This document shows positions 26,481 through 35,505 of a DNA stretch of 56,941 nt, in pieces. The position numbers and the translations under genes were made by a program. The notes beneath the pieces are model-generated. The model worked only from the letters and a program-made list of their open reading frames with translations. It was not told where the DNA came from and ran no database searches. Source of the DNA: Eubacteriales bacterium (GTDB lineage: Bacteria; Bacillota; Clostridia; Oscillospirales; CAG-272); assembly GCA_045596925.1 (NCBI GenBank), contig JAZODH010000004.1, positions 1-56,941 on the forward strand, written 5' to 3'. Position 1 is the stretch's first letter. Each line of letters opens with the position of its first letter.

Positions 26481-27740
26481 ATGGACACGGCTTATCTGAA
26501 AAAAGTTGCTGTAACCCTGGTGTTCGTTGCCATTTCCCTGTTCTTCATCTTCTACATCGGATACCATATCTACAACGGTTTTTCCACCGACATAACCACA
26601 GTTATCGCCGAGAAAAATACCTATCGCACCTCACTCACCGCCGACGGCTTCATTTTCAGAGATGAGACCTGTCTGACCTCACAGTATTCGGGAACAGTCA
26701 ATTACACCGTCAAGGACGGAGAAAAGGTAGCAGTCGGAACTCCCGTGGTTCAGTCTTTTGCGGACGGCTCGGGATATTCTGCGGGGATCGAGATATCCGA
26801 GATCGAAAAAACCATATCGCTCCTTGAATCCTGTATCCGCGAAACGGGCACGGACGGAGACATTTCCGCCATAAGTCGGAAAATATCCGATTCCTATCTG
26901 CTGATTTTATCAAGGCTTGAGGAAGGAAAAGTGGATTTTGCACTCAGCTCCACCGACGACCTTCTGTCCGGTCTTACGAAAAAGGACATAATAACGGGTG
27001 ACGCCGTCGGGCTGGAAAAGACCATGCAAAATCTGCAGGCGAGAAAAAGCTCGCTTACAAGCAGTATTTCGGGCAGATACGAGACCGTTATATCAGAAAA
27101 CAGCGGGTACTTCTTCTGCGACACGGACGGTTTCGAGGATCAATTCACGCCCGACAAGATCCTGAACGCCTCTGTCTCCGAAATATTCGATCTCATTGAA
27201 AACAACAAAAAGCCCGCAGACAGCAAAAACTCTGTGGGAAAGATAGTTTCGGGATACAGATGGAATATTGCGATCCCTCTGGAAAGCAAGCCGGAACAGG
27301 ATTTTGCGTTGGGGCTGACCTATGAGGTGGTCATGCCCGGCAACTTCAACATGGTGCTGAAAATGCGCCTTGACAAGATCGTGACCGAACGATCCTCCGA
27401 AAGAACGGTGCTCATATTCTCCTGCGGAGAGCTTCCCGAAAACTTCAATTACAAGCGCTCACAGGTAGTGACAGTCCGCACGGGTGAGACCGAAGGATTC
27501 AGGATCCCCTCCACCGCTCTGCGCGTTCTTGACGGAATCAAAGGCGTTTACACGCTTGACGGAAGTACGGTGAGATTCAAGCGCATACACATCATTCAAG
27601 ACGACACGGACGGTTATTACGTGGCATCTTGCGAGGACGTGACGGACGCGCCCGGCGCCGACAAATACGGATATCTGAAGCTTTACGATTCGATCATCGT
27701 TTCGGGCAAGGATATGGAACACGGAATGGTATTTTACTGA
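26481..27740 (+). CDS. Membrane-anchored HlyD/biotinyl-lipoyl-like protein of the ylm division cluster
   Basis: 419 aa with a single N-terminal TM segment and the conserved position upstream of ylmE in Firmicutes. Function unknown. Confidence 0.5.
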   Translation: MDTAYLKKVAVTLVFVAISLFFIFYIGYHIYNGFSTDITTVIAEKNTYRTSLTADGFIFRDETCLTSQYSGTVNYTVKDGEKVAVGTPVVQSFADGSGYSAGIEISEIEKTISLLESCIRETGTDGDISAISRKISDSYLLILSRLEEGKVDFALSSTDDLLSGLTKKDIITGDAVGLEKTMQNLQARKSSLTSSISGRYETVISENSGYFFCDTDGFEDQFTPDKILNASVSEIFDLIENNKKPADSKNSVGKIVSGYRWNIAIPLESKPEQDFALGLTYEVVMPGNFNMVLKMRLDKIVTERSSERTVLIFSCGELPENFNYKRSQVVTVRTGETEGFRIPSTALRVLDGIKGVYTLDGSTVRFKRIHIIQDDTDGYYVASCEDVTDAPGADKYGYLKLYDSIIVSGKDMEHGMVFY

Positions 27741-28441
27741 TGGACGAGAGAAATTTTGATTACATAGAAAAAAATCTTGCACAGATCCGCGAAAAAATTA
27801 AAAAGGCAGCGTCTGATTCGAAATTTGACGTGTCACCCATTATGATCGCGGCGGTAAAATATGCCGACGGCGAGGAGATTCGTTATCTGACCGAAAAAGC
27901 CGGAGTTACCGATATCGGCGAAAACCGAGTGCAGCAGCTTCTGGAGCACCTGGAATTTATCGACACAGAAAAGGTCAATATCCATTTCATCGGCTCACTT
28001 CAGACAAACAAGGTCAAATATATAATCGACAAGGTCTGTCTTATTCACTCTGTGGATTCGATCAAGCTCGCCGCCGAGATCGACCGTCAAGCAAAAAAGC
28101 ACGGCACAGTCATGGACGTTTTAGTGGAGATAAACAGCGGTCGGGAAGAAAACAAGAGCGGAATACTACCCGAGGACGCAGAGAGATTTTGCCTCGAACT
28201 GAAGCAATTTGACTCGATAAATCTCCGCGGATTTATGACAATGGCCCCGAAATGTGAAAATAAATCAAATTATTTTAAATATTTTGAAGAAACTTGCAAA
28301 CTTGTTCTTGACATTTGGACAATTTTAAGTCATAATAATAGTGAGATGATTTTATCTATGGGTATGAGCGAAAGTTTTGAGGAGGCGATCCTCTCCGGAG
28401 CCACCCATGTAAGAATCGGTCGCTCAATTTTCAAAAAATAA
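27740..28441 (+). CDS. YggS/YlmE-family pyridoxal-phosphate homeostasis protein
   Basis: About 233 aa counted from MDERNFDYIEKNL. Motifs: AVKYA (PLP Lys), HFIGSLQTNKVKY, RIGRSIF. The start overlaps the upstream stop as TGATG. Confidence 0.85.
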   Translation: MDERNFDYIEKNLAQIREKIKKAASDSKFDVSPIMIAAVKYADGEEIRYLTEKAGVTDIGENRVQQLLEHLEFIDTEKVNIHFIGSLQTNKVKYIIDKVCLIHSVDSIKLAAEIDRQAKKHGTVMDVLVEINSGREENKSGILPEDAERFCLELKQFDSINLRGFMTMAPKCENKSNYFKYFEETCKLVLDIWTILSHNNSEMILSMGMSESFEEAILSGATHVRIGRSIFKK

Positions 28442-28470
28442 AATTACATATAATCTTGGAGGATTAAAAA

Positions 28471-28992
28471 ATGGGAATGCTTGATAAGTTCAGAAAGAAC
28501 AACGCAAACAACTACAACGACGGTTACGACGACTACTACGCTCCCGAAGGTGAAGAAAGCTACGACGATTACGCCGCTCCCGTTCAGGAGGACGTACAGG
28601 CAGATACTGCACAGGCGTACAATCCCGCACCCGCTTTCGGTTACACAGCGGCTCCCGCTGCTGCAGGCGTTTCTCTCAACGGCGCTGCTATCGAGCTGAA
28701 GGTCGTTAAACCCACAGAGTTTAAGGATGGTACTGCTATCGCTGAGCATCTGCTCTGCAAGCGTACAGTAGTACTTAACCTCGAAGAGGCTGATAAGGAT
28801 ACTCAGAGAAGACTTATCGACTTCCTCTTTGGTGTTGCTTACTCTATCGGCGGAGAGATCAAGAAGGTCGCAAACAACGCTTACGTTATCACTCCTCAGA
28901 ACGTTGCGATCTCCAACGATACCGCAAATACTGAAGCAGCAGAAGCAAACGAGCCTGCTCCCGCACCCCAGACAGGCTATTTCGCTTACTGA
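28471..28992 (+). CDS. sepF: Cell division protein SepF
   Basis: 173 aa. The C-terminal core is VVKPTEFKDGTAIAEHLLCKRTVVLNLEEADKDTQRRLIDFLFGVAYSIGGEIKKV. Confidence 0.9.
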   Translation: MGMLDKFRKNNANNYNDGYDDYYAPEGEESYDDYAAPVQEDVQADTAQAYNPAPAFGYTAAPAAAGVSLNGAAIELKVVKPTEFKDGTAIAEHLLCKRTVVLNLEEADKDTQRRLIDFLFGVAYSIGGEIKKVANNAYVITPQNVAISNDTANTEAAEANEPAPAPQTGYFAY

Positions 28993-29028
28993 TACCTGAA
29001 CCATAACCTCATTTTTTGAGGGGTAAAT

Positions 29029-29072
29029 AAAACGACAGCTGCAACGGTAATTCTTTGTTGCTGTCGTTTTTA
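29029..29072 (+). terminator. Hairpin plus T-run after sepF
   Basis: AAAACGACAGC...GCTGTCGTTTT with an inner GCAAC/GTTGC pairing. Confidence 0.5.
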
Positions 29073-29107
29073 CTTTTGAAAAACAACCGAGAAAGGAAAG
29101 TCCCTTG

Positions 29108-29389
29108 ATGGAAGAATTCGTATATGTATTTACGAGCCTCGTATGTTATTTTCTTCAGGCTCTGCAATTTTGTATGCTTATTCGCGCCGTCCTTTCCTGG
29201 TTTCCTCTTGACGACGACAACAAGTTCCTGATCTTCATCGAATCGATCACCGAGCCTGTTATCTTCCCTATCAGGGCGCTCCTTGACCGAGTGCCGTTCT
29301 TTGCAAACTTTCCGATCGATATGTCGTTTCTCATATCGTATATTCTGCTTAGTATAGTGTCAGGACTTCTGGGCGGTGGAATCGCATGA
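29108..29389 (+). CDS. YggT/YlmG-family membrane protein
   Basis: About 93 aa with the LIRAVLSWFP motif. Confidence 0.8.
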   Translation: MEEFVYVFTSLVCYFLQALQFCMLIRAVLSWFPLDDDNKFLIFIESITEPVIFPIRALLDRVPFFANFPIDMSFLISYILLSIVSGLLGGGIA

Positions 29390-30186
29390 CGGATTTTTCG
29401 TGCTTGTTTTCCCGCGCCGACGATCTTCTCTTGCAGAGCAATAAGGGTTACGTTACAAGCACACCATTTCTGACTCCCGGTGAGCATAGGGTTCTCAGCG
29501 AAAAGCTGACCCGCGAGGGATTCGGCACACGTTTTTTCAGCTTTGGGGGATATAACGATGCCGAAAGAAAATGCGTTTTCTTTGTCCCCGACTTCTACGA
29601 TTCTTTCGTTGACAACACGGACGAAAAGGACACCTTGGCGCAATATTGCAACGAAGACGTAAAAGAAAAGATCAGTGCGGCTAAAATTTGCGGAAGCGGG
29701 TACAGAAAGCTTACGCATAGAGATTATCTGGGAACTCTGCTCAATATGGGCATCGACCGAGACGCTCTGGGTGACATTTGCCCACTCGACGACTATTCAT
29801 GCGTGATCTTTTTGCAAAGAAGCGTTCTTGATTTTCTCCTGACGAGTCTGGAGAAGATCGGAGCAGACAAGGTAAAAATAACCGACTACAGCGATCTTTC
29901 GGATTTCACCTACCAAAAGAAGACCGTTCCCGTGTCGGACACGGTTGCGTCTCCCCGACTTGACAGCGTGGTTTCCGCATTGACTCGGGAGAGCCGTGAA
30001 AAAGCAAAAAATCTTATACTTTCCGAGCTGGTGGAGCTTAATTATCTTCCCTGTTCTAAAACCGACATGAAGGTAGAAGCGGGCGACACCATCTCGGTAA
30101 GGGGCTACGGAAAGTTTTCCGTAAAAGATATAAGCGATCAAACAAAAAAAGGCAGGCTTTGGCTGAGAGCCGAAAAATACGTTTAA
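29386..30186 (+). CDS. YlmH-like S4-domain RNA-binding protein
   Basis: 266 aa, in the conserved position between yggT and divIVA, with a C-terminal S4-like segment. Confidence 0.75.
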   Translation: MTDFSCLFSRADDLLLQSNKGYVTSTPFLTPGEHRVLSEKLTREGFGTRFFSFGGYNDAERKCVFFVPDFYDSFVDNTDEKDTLAQYCNEDVKEKISAAKICGSGYRKLTHRDYLGTLLNMGIDRDALGDICPLDDYSCVIFLQRSVLDFLLTSLEKIGADKVKITDYSDLSDFTYQKKTVPVSDTVASPRLDSVVSALTRESREKAKNLILSELVELNYLPCSKTDMKVEAGDTISVRGYGKFSVKDISDQTKKGRLWLRAEKYV

Positions 30187-30198
30187 ATAGGAGGCAGT

Positions 30199-31044
30199 AT
30201 GGGAATTTATTTTGAGAGAAATTTCAACAAAGTGCTTCGTGGCTACAACACCGAAGAGGTCGATGCTGCCCTTGATGCCATCGTTATCCACTGCGACGAG
30301 CTTGAGAGTGCAAACAGAGAATTTGCCGAGGAAAATAATCGTTTGATTGACGACAATTCCTATCTCAAAGATGAAAACGAGCATCTTAAACAAAGGCTGA
30401 CGGAATGTATCGAAAAACTCAAAAAGATCGAGGATACGTACAATTCTTACCGTCAGAAGTACGGCGAGGCAAAGGATATGATCGAGCGTGCAAAGAAAAG
30501 CTCCCTTGATATCGTAACCGATGCCAATGAACAGGCTCGGCAGATAACCGAGGAGGCGCAAAAGCAAGGCGAGGACATGATCGCGCAAGCAAAAGCCGAA
30601 AAGAGTGCTGTCATTGCCGAGTTTGACACGAAGATCTTTGAGAAAAATGCTCTCCTGGCCCGCCTTGACGAGGATTTTTTCGCATTCAAGAGTGCAATTC
30701 GTGAAGATATCGCGGTGATCCTGGCAAAACTTGAAATGAAGGACGTAAGACCTGCGGAATTTGTGCCGGCACAAGAAGAACCCACAAAAAAGGAGGAACC
30801 CAAAACAGCTCCTCCGACAGAGGAGCTTGTCGTGCAGGAAGATATACCGCTTATCGAAAAGATAGAAGAAATAAGCCCCGATTCGGACGAGCCACCCGCA
30901 ATATCGGAAATTCCGATCATGCCCTTCCCGTCTGCAATAAAAGAAGTCAGAAGACCCGATACCGAATTTTCCAAGATAAAAAATACCCTCGAGGGTATAA
31001 ATGATAAAGTAAAAAACAACAAATCTACACCACATATAAATTAA
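30199..31044 (+). CDS. divIVA: DivIVA-domain protein
   Basis: The N-terminus FERNFNKVLRGYNTEEVDAALD is the DivIVA lipid-binding-domain signature, followed by a long coiled coil. Confidence 0.8.
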   Translation: MGIYFERNFNKVLRGYNTEEVDAALDAIVIHCDELESANREFAEENNRLIDDNSYLKDENEHLKQRLTECIEKLKKIEDTYNSYRQKYGEAKDMIERAKKSSLDIVTDANEQARQITEEAQKQGEDMIAQAKAEKSAVIAEFDTKIFEKNALLARLDEDFFAFKSAIREDIAVILAKLEMKDVRPAEFVPAQEEPTKKEEPKTAPPTEELVVQEDIPLIEKIEEISPDSDEPPAISEIPIMPFPSAIKEVRRPDTEFSKIKNTLEGINDKVKNNKSTPHIN

Positions 31045-31057
31045 GGAGACAACTACC

Positions 31058-33853
31058 ATGCCAAAGGACTATACAAGTACCTTGAACCTGCCCCAAACAG
31101 GCTTTTCAATGAGAGCAAATCTGCCTCAGAGAGAACCCGATACCATCAAATATTGGCAGGACATCAAACTTTACGAAAAGATGCTTGAGCAGAATAAGGA
31201 CAAGAAGCCCTTCATTCTTCACGACGGGCCTCCCTTCTCTAACAACAACATTCACATGGGAACCGCCATGAACAAGATCTTAAAGGACTTTATAAACAAG
31301 TCTAAGCACATGATGGGTTACCACGTTCCCTTTACCCCCGGTTGGGATAACCACGGTATGCCTATCGAGAGTGCGATCATAAAGAAGAACAAGCTCGACC
31401 GCAAGAAGATGTCTATCCCCGAATTCAGAACCGCTTGCCACGAGTTCGCTCAGCACTTCGTTGAGGTTCAGCGCGATCAGTTCGTTCGTCTCGGCGTTAA
31501 CGCAGACTGGGAGAACCCCTATCTGACAATGAAGCCCGAGTTCGAGGCACTTGAGGTCAAGGTATTCGGTGAGATGTACAAAAAGGGCTACATCTACAAG
31601 GGTCTCAAGCCCGTTTACTGGTGCCCTCACGACGAAACAGCCCTGGCAGAGGCCGAGATCGAGTACAAGGATATCGACTGCAAGTCTATCTACGTTAAGT
31701 TCAACGTAACAGACGACGCAGGCAAGCTGTCCGACGTTTGCGACCTTGCAAAGACATATTTCATCATTTGGACAACCACAACATGGACACTGCCCGGCAA
31801 CCTTGCTATCGCAATTCACCCCTACGAGCAGTATGCCGTAATCAAGGCTTCCGACGGAAATTATTACATCACAGCCGAGGCTCTTGCAAACAAGACCATG
31901 GCCGCAGGCGGTGTTGAAAGCTTTGAGATCGTAAAGACGATGCGTGGCTCCGAGTTTGAGTACATGAGAACTCAGCACCCCTTCCTTGACCGCGAATCCC
32001 TCGTTGTAAACGCTGATTACGTCACAATGGAAAGCGGTACGGGTTGCGTACACACAGCTCCCGGCTTCGGTGCCGACGACTACGTAACAGGCCGCCGTTA
32101 CAATATGAACATTATCGTTCCCGTTGACGACAGAGGATACCAGACAGAGGACGCAGGCAAGTACGCAGGGCTCTTCTACGAGGAATCCAACGACATCATC
32201 TTCAACGATATGAAGGAAAGCGGCGCACTCTTTGCTTCCGAGGACATTACCCACCAGTATCCTCACTGCTGGAGATGCAAGAAGCCCATTATCTTCCGCG
32301 CAACGCCTCAGTGGTTCTGCTCGGTTGACGCATTCAAGGATGAGGCCGCTGCGGCTTGCGAGAAGGTTGACTGGCTCCCCGCTTGGGGTGGCGACAGAAT
32401 CATCTCCATGGTTCGCGAAAGAGCTGACTGGTGTATTTCCAGACAGAGACATTGGGGTCTTCCCATTCCCGTATTCTACTGCGAGGACTGCAAGAAGCCC
32501 GTTTGTACTCCCGAAACTATCGAAAAGGTTTCCGATATATTCGACGCTGAAGGCTCAAACGCTTGGTATCTCAAGAGCGCGGCAGAGCTTCTCCCCGAGG
32601 GCTTCAAGTGTCCTCATTGCGGAGGTGTTCATTTCACCACCGAAACTGACACTCTTGACGGATGGTTTGACTCGGGATCTACTCACTTCAGCGTTCTCGA
32701 TGATAAAACTTGGCCCGCTGATCTGTACCTTGAGGGTGCAGACCAGTACAGAGGTTGGTTCCAGTCTTCCCTGCTCACCGCTGTTGGCGCAAAGGGCGCA
32801 GGTGCTCCTTACAAGCAAGTCCTCACACACGGCTGGGTAGTTGACGGCGAAGGCAAGGCGATGCACAAGTCTCTCGGTAACTCCATTGCTCCCGAAGAGG
32901 TTATCGTTAAGTACGGTGCCGATCTTGTTCGTCTCTGGGTTGCTTCCAGCGATTATCAGGTTGACGTTCGTGTTTCGGACAACATCTTCAAACAGCTCTC
33001 CGAGACATACAGAAAGATCAGAAATACCTCCAGAATCATCATGGCTAACCTTGGTGATCCCGCTACCGATTTCAATCCCGATCGAGACATGGTAAGCGTT
33101 GACAAGCTTTATGAGATCGACCGTTGGGCACTTGCAAATCTCAACGGTCTCGTTGAAACCTGCAGAAAGGCATACGACGAGTATTCCTTCCACACAGTTT
33201 ACCACGAGGTCAACAAGTTCTGCACCATCACTCTCTCCAAGCTCTACATCGACATCACAAAGGACAGGGTTTACGTAGACAAGAAGGATTCCGAGGGCAG
33301 ACGTGCGGCTCAGACCACCATGTATATTATTCTGTCTTCTCTGACAAGACTCATCGCTCCCATGCTCTCCTTTACAGCAGAGGAGATATGGAAGGCAATG
33401 CCTCACGTGTCAAGCGATAAGAAGGAAAGCATCTTCCTCAATCCCATGCCTGTGGTAAATGCAGAGTATAATTTCGACGGCGAGGATCGTTGGAACGAGC
33501 TGTTCAACCTTCGCGACGACGTTATGAAGGCGCTTGAGCTTGCAAGAGCTGACAAGCTTATCGGTAAGTCTCTTGATGCAAAGCTCACCGTTTACGCAGA
33601 GGATGAGGCGTTCAAGACACTCTCCGACTTTGCTGAGGAGCTTAAGACAGTATTCATCGTTTCGGGCGTTACGGTTCTTGACACAGACGCTCCCGCCGAC
33701 GCATTTACCGAGACCGAATCCGGCATTGCAGTCAAGGTTGAAGCGGCTGACGGCGTCAAGTGCGACCGTTGCTGGGCTTACTTCACCGATTGCGAGACAA
33801 CAGAGGACGGACACATCTGTCCCCGTTGCAAGAAGATCGTTGAATCTCTCTAA
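31058..33853 (+). CDS. ileS: Isoleucine--tRNA ligase
   Basis: 931 aa. It has a HIGH-type motif (PFSNNNIHMGT), KMSKS (KMHKSLGN) and C-terminal Zn-binding Cys pairs. Confidence 0.97.
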   Translation: MPKDYTSTLNLPQTGFSMRANLPQREPDTIKYWQDIKLYEKMLEQNKDKKPFILHDGPPFSNNNIHMGTAMNKILKDFINKSKHMMGYHVPFTPGWDNHGMPIESAIIKKNKLDRKKMSIPEFRTACHEFAQHFVEVQRDQFVRLGVNADWENPYLTMKPEFEALEVKVFGEMYKKGYIYKGLKPVYWCPHDETALAEAEIEYKDIDCKSIYVKFNVTDDAGKLSDVCDLAKTYFIIWTTTTWTLPGNLAIAIHPYEQYAVIKASDGNYYITAEALANKTMAAGGVESFEIVKTMRGSEFEYMRTQHPFLDRESLVVNADYVTMESGTGCVHTAPGFGADDYVTGRRYNMNIIVPVDDRGYQTEDAGKYAGLFYEESNDIIFNDMKESGALFASEDITHQYPHCWRCKKPIIFRATPQWFCSVDAFKDEAAAACEKVDWLPAWGGDRIISMVRERADWCISRQRHWGLPIPVFYCEDCKKPVCTPETIEKVSDIFDAEGSNAWYLKSAAELLPEGFKCPHCGGVHFTTETDTLDGWFDSGSTHFSVLDDKTWPADLYLEGADQYRGWFQSSLLTAVGAKGAGAPYKQVLTHGWVVDGEGKAMHKSLGNSIAPEEVIVKYGADLVRLWVASSDYQVDVRVSDNIFKQLSETYRKIRNTSRIIMANLGDPATDFNPDRDMVSVDKLYEIDRWALANLNGLVETCRKAYDEYSFHTVYHEVNKFCTITLSKLYIDITKDRVYVDKKDSEGRRAAQTTMYIILSSLTRLIAPMLSFTAEEIWKAMPHVSSDKKESIFLNPMPVVNAEYNFDGEDRWNELFNLRDDVMKALELARADKLIGKSLDAKLTVYAEDEAFKTLSDFAEELKTVFIVSGVTVLDTDAPADAFTETESGIAVKVEAADGVKCDRCWAYFTDCETTEDGHICPRCKKIVESL

Positions 33854-33857
33854 ATAA

Positions 33858-33898
33858 AAAAATGCGGGGTTTCCGTCGCGTCGGAAACCCCGCATTTT
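33858..33898 (+). terminator. Intrinsic terminator after ileS
   Basis: AATGCGGGGTTTCCG-TCGCGT-CGGAAACCCCGCATT followed by TTT. Confidence 0.75.
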
Positions 33899-33959
33899 GA
33901 AAACGAAGTTAGCGTGAAACAAAGCAACGATAAATCGCTCTATCAGCCATTTCACGCAT

Positions 33960-34019
33960 GAAACACTTGCAAAATGGGACCCAAACCCATTTTGCCGCCA
34001 AGGCGGTGCCAAGTGTTTC
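33960..34019 (+). other. 60-nt three-way-junction RNA-like structure in the lspA leader
   Basis: A 10-bp closing stem (33960-33969 with 34010-34019) encloses a 9-bp hairpin (33970-33994) and a 5-bp hairpin (33995-34006). All pairs are Watson-Crick. Confidence 0.35.
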
Positions 34020-34062
34020 TCCGAATTTTTGTGCCACCGCATGGCGGCGGAATGGAGTTAAT

Positions 34063-34542
34063 ATGTTGTTTTGGATTTTAATTACCGTCGTTGTGGTGAT
34101 TTTTGACCAAGTCACAAAATGGCTGGCGGTCAAATATCTGATACCTGTCGGGACGTTCCCCATAATCGAGGACGCATTGCATCTCACCTATCTGGAAAAT
34201 CCCGGTGCGGCCTTCGGAATGATGAAAAATAACCGCTGGGTATTTCTTATTATTTCCACGCTCGCGATTATCGGAATCATAGTTTACCTTATAAGATTCG
34301 CCCCCAAGAACAAGCTTTGTCAACTTTCCTTGGCGTTTATCTTGGGCGGCGGGATCGGAAACATGATAGACCGCTTGGCTCTCGGTTACGTGGTAGACTT
34401 CATTGATTTCAGACTGATAAATTTTGCTGTTTTCAACGTTGCCGATTCCTTTGTTTGTATCGGCGCGGCACTGTTGATCATTTACGTTCTTTTTATCGAT
34501 GGCAAGGAAAATAAAAATTCCGAGGTCGAAGAAAATGGATGA
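34063..34542 (+). CDS. lspA: Lipoprotein signal peptidase II
   Basis: About 159 aa counted from MLFWILITVVVVIFDQVTKW. Motifs: NPGAAFG and NMIDRL...VVDFI...FNVAD. GGAG lies upstream of the ATG at 34063. Confidence 0.9.
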   Translation: MLFWILITVVVVIFDQVTKWLAVKYLIPVGTFPIIEDALHLTYLENPGAAFGMMKNNRWVFLIISTLAIIGIIVYLIRFAPKNKLCQLSLAFILGGGIGNMIDRLALGYVVDFIDFRLINFAVFNVADSFVCIGAALLIIYVLFIDGKENKNSEVEENG

Positions 34543-35479
34543 TTTTGTAACCTTGACCGCTCAATCAGAGGACAACGGTAAAAGAATCGACGTTTTTTTG
34601 TCCGAAAGGCTTGAAATATCCCGTTCAGGTGCCGCAAAACTCATTGAGAGCGGAAATGTCGAAGCAAACGGGAAAGCGGTTGCCAAAAACCTCAAGATCA
34701 AAGAGAACGCGATTTTTGAAGTCGCATTGCCCGAGCCTGTTCCCTCGGAAGCAATTCCGCAAAATATTCCTCTTGAAATTATTTTTGAGGATGATGACTT
34801 ACTTGTGGTAAACAAGCCCAAGGGTATGGTCGTCCACCCCGCGGCAGGCAATCCCGACGGCACGCTGGTAAACGCCCTGCTCTATCATTGCGGTGACAGT
34901 CTTTCGGGCATCGGCGGGGTTATCCGCCCCGGAATCGTCCATAGAATCGACAAGGACACAAGCGGGTTGCTTGTGGTTGCAAAAAACGATGAAACACACC
35001 TTGCCCTGTCCGAACAAATGAAAACTCACGCGGTCAGCCGCGTATATCATGCTGTTGTTTGCGGAAATCTGAAAGAGGATACGGGGACAATAAACGCGCC
35101 TATTGGCAGAAGTCCCTCCGACCGCAAAAAAATGGCTGTTTTGCGCGATCCAAACGCCCACGCCCGTGAAGCAATTACCCATTACGAGGTTATTTCTCGA
35201 TTTGACGGCTTTACTTACGTCAAATGCATTCTTGAAACAGGCAGGACACACCAGATAAGAGTTCATATGGCAAGCACGGGGCATCCTTTAGCAGGAGATA
35301 CGGTCTACGGCGGCGGTCACACAAAATTTGAGGAACAAAATTCAAAAATTCTCTGCGGTCAATGTCTGCACGCAAAGGAGCTTTCATTTATTCACCCCAA
35401 ATTCGGAGTGCCCGTTAAATTCGAAAGCCCTCTTCCCTCGTACTTTGAAACTTTTCTTGATAAATTATCAAAAAAATAA
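34535..35479 (+). CDS. rluD: 23S rRNA pseudouridine synthase, RluD subfamily
   Basis: It has an S4 domain, the catalytic HRIDKDTSGLLVVAK motif and a C-terminal GRTHQIRVHM motif. Confidence 0.9.
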   Translation: MDDFVTLTAQSEDNGKRIDVFLSERLEISRSGAAKLIESGNVEANGKAVAKNLKIKENAIFEVALPEPVPSEAIPQNIPLEIIFEDDDLLVVNKPKGMVVHPAAGNPDGTLVNALLYHCGDSLSGIGGVIRPGIVHRIDKDTSGLLVVAKNDETHLALSEQMKTHAVSRVYHAVVCGNLKEDTGTINAPIGRSPSDRKKMAVLRDPNAHAREAITHYEVISRFDGFTYVKCILETGRTHQIRVHMASTGHPLAGDTVYGGGHTKFEEQNSKILCGQCLHAKELSFIHPKFGVPVKFESPLPSYFETFLDKLSKK

Positions 35480-35505
35480 CAGGCATTTCTGCCTGTTATT
35501 TTTTT
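35476..35505. terminator. Bidirectional terminator hairpin
   Basis: AACAGGCA-TTTC-TGCCTGTT followed by a T-run, between convergent rluD and nahK. Confidence 0.6.

Noticed and set aside
30900-31057. Expected T-box riboswitch upstream of ileS
   Set aside because: The region is occupied by the divIVA coding sequence up to 13 nt before the ileS ATG. No specifier or terminator-antiterminator architecture is possible there. The absence is reported as a low-interest finding instead.
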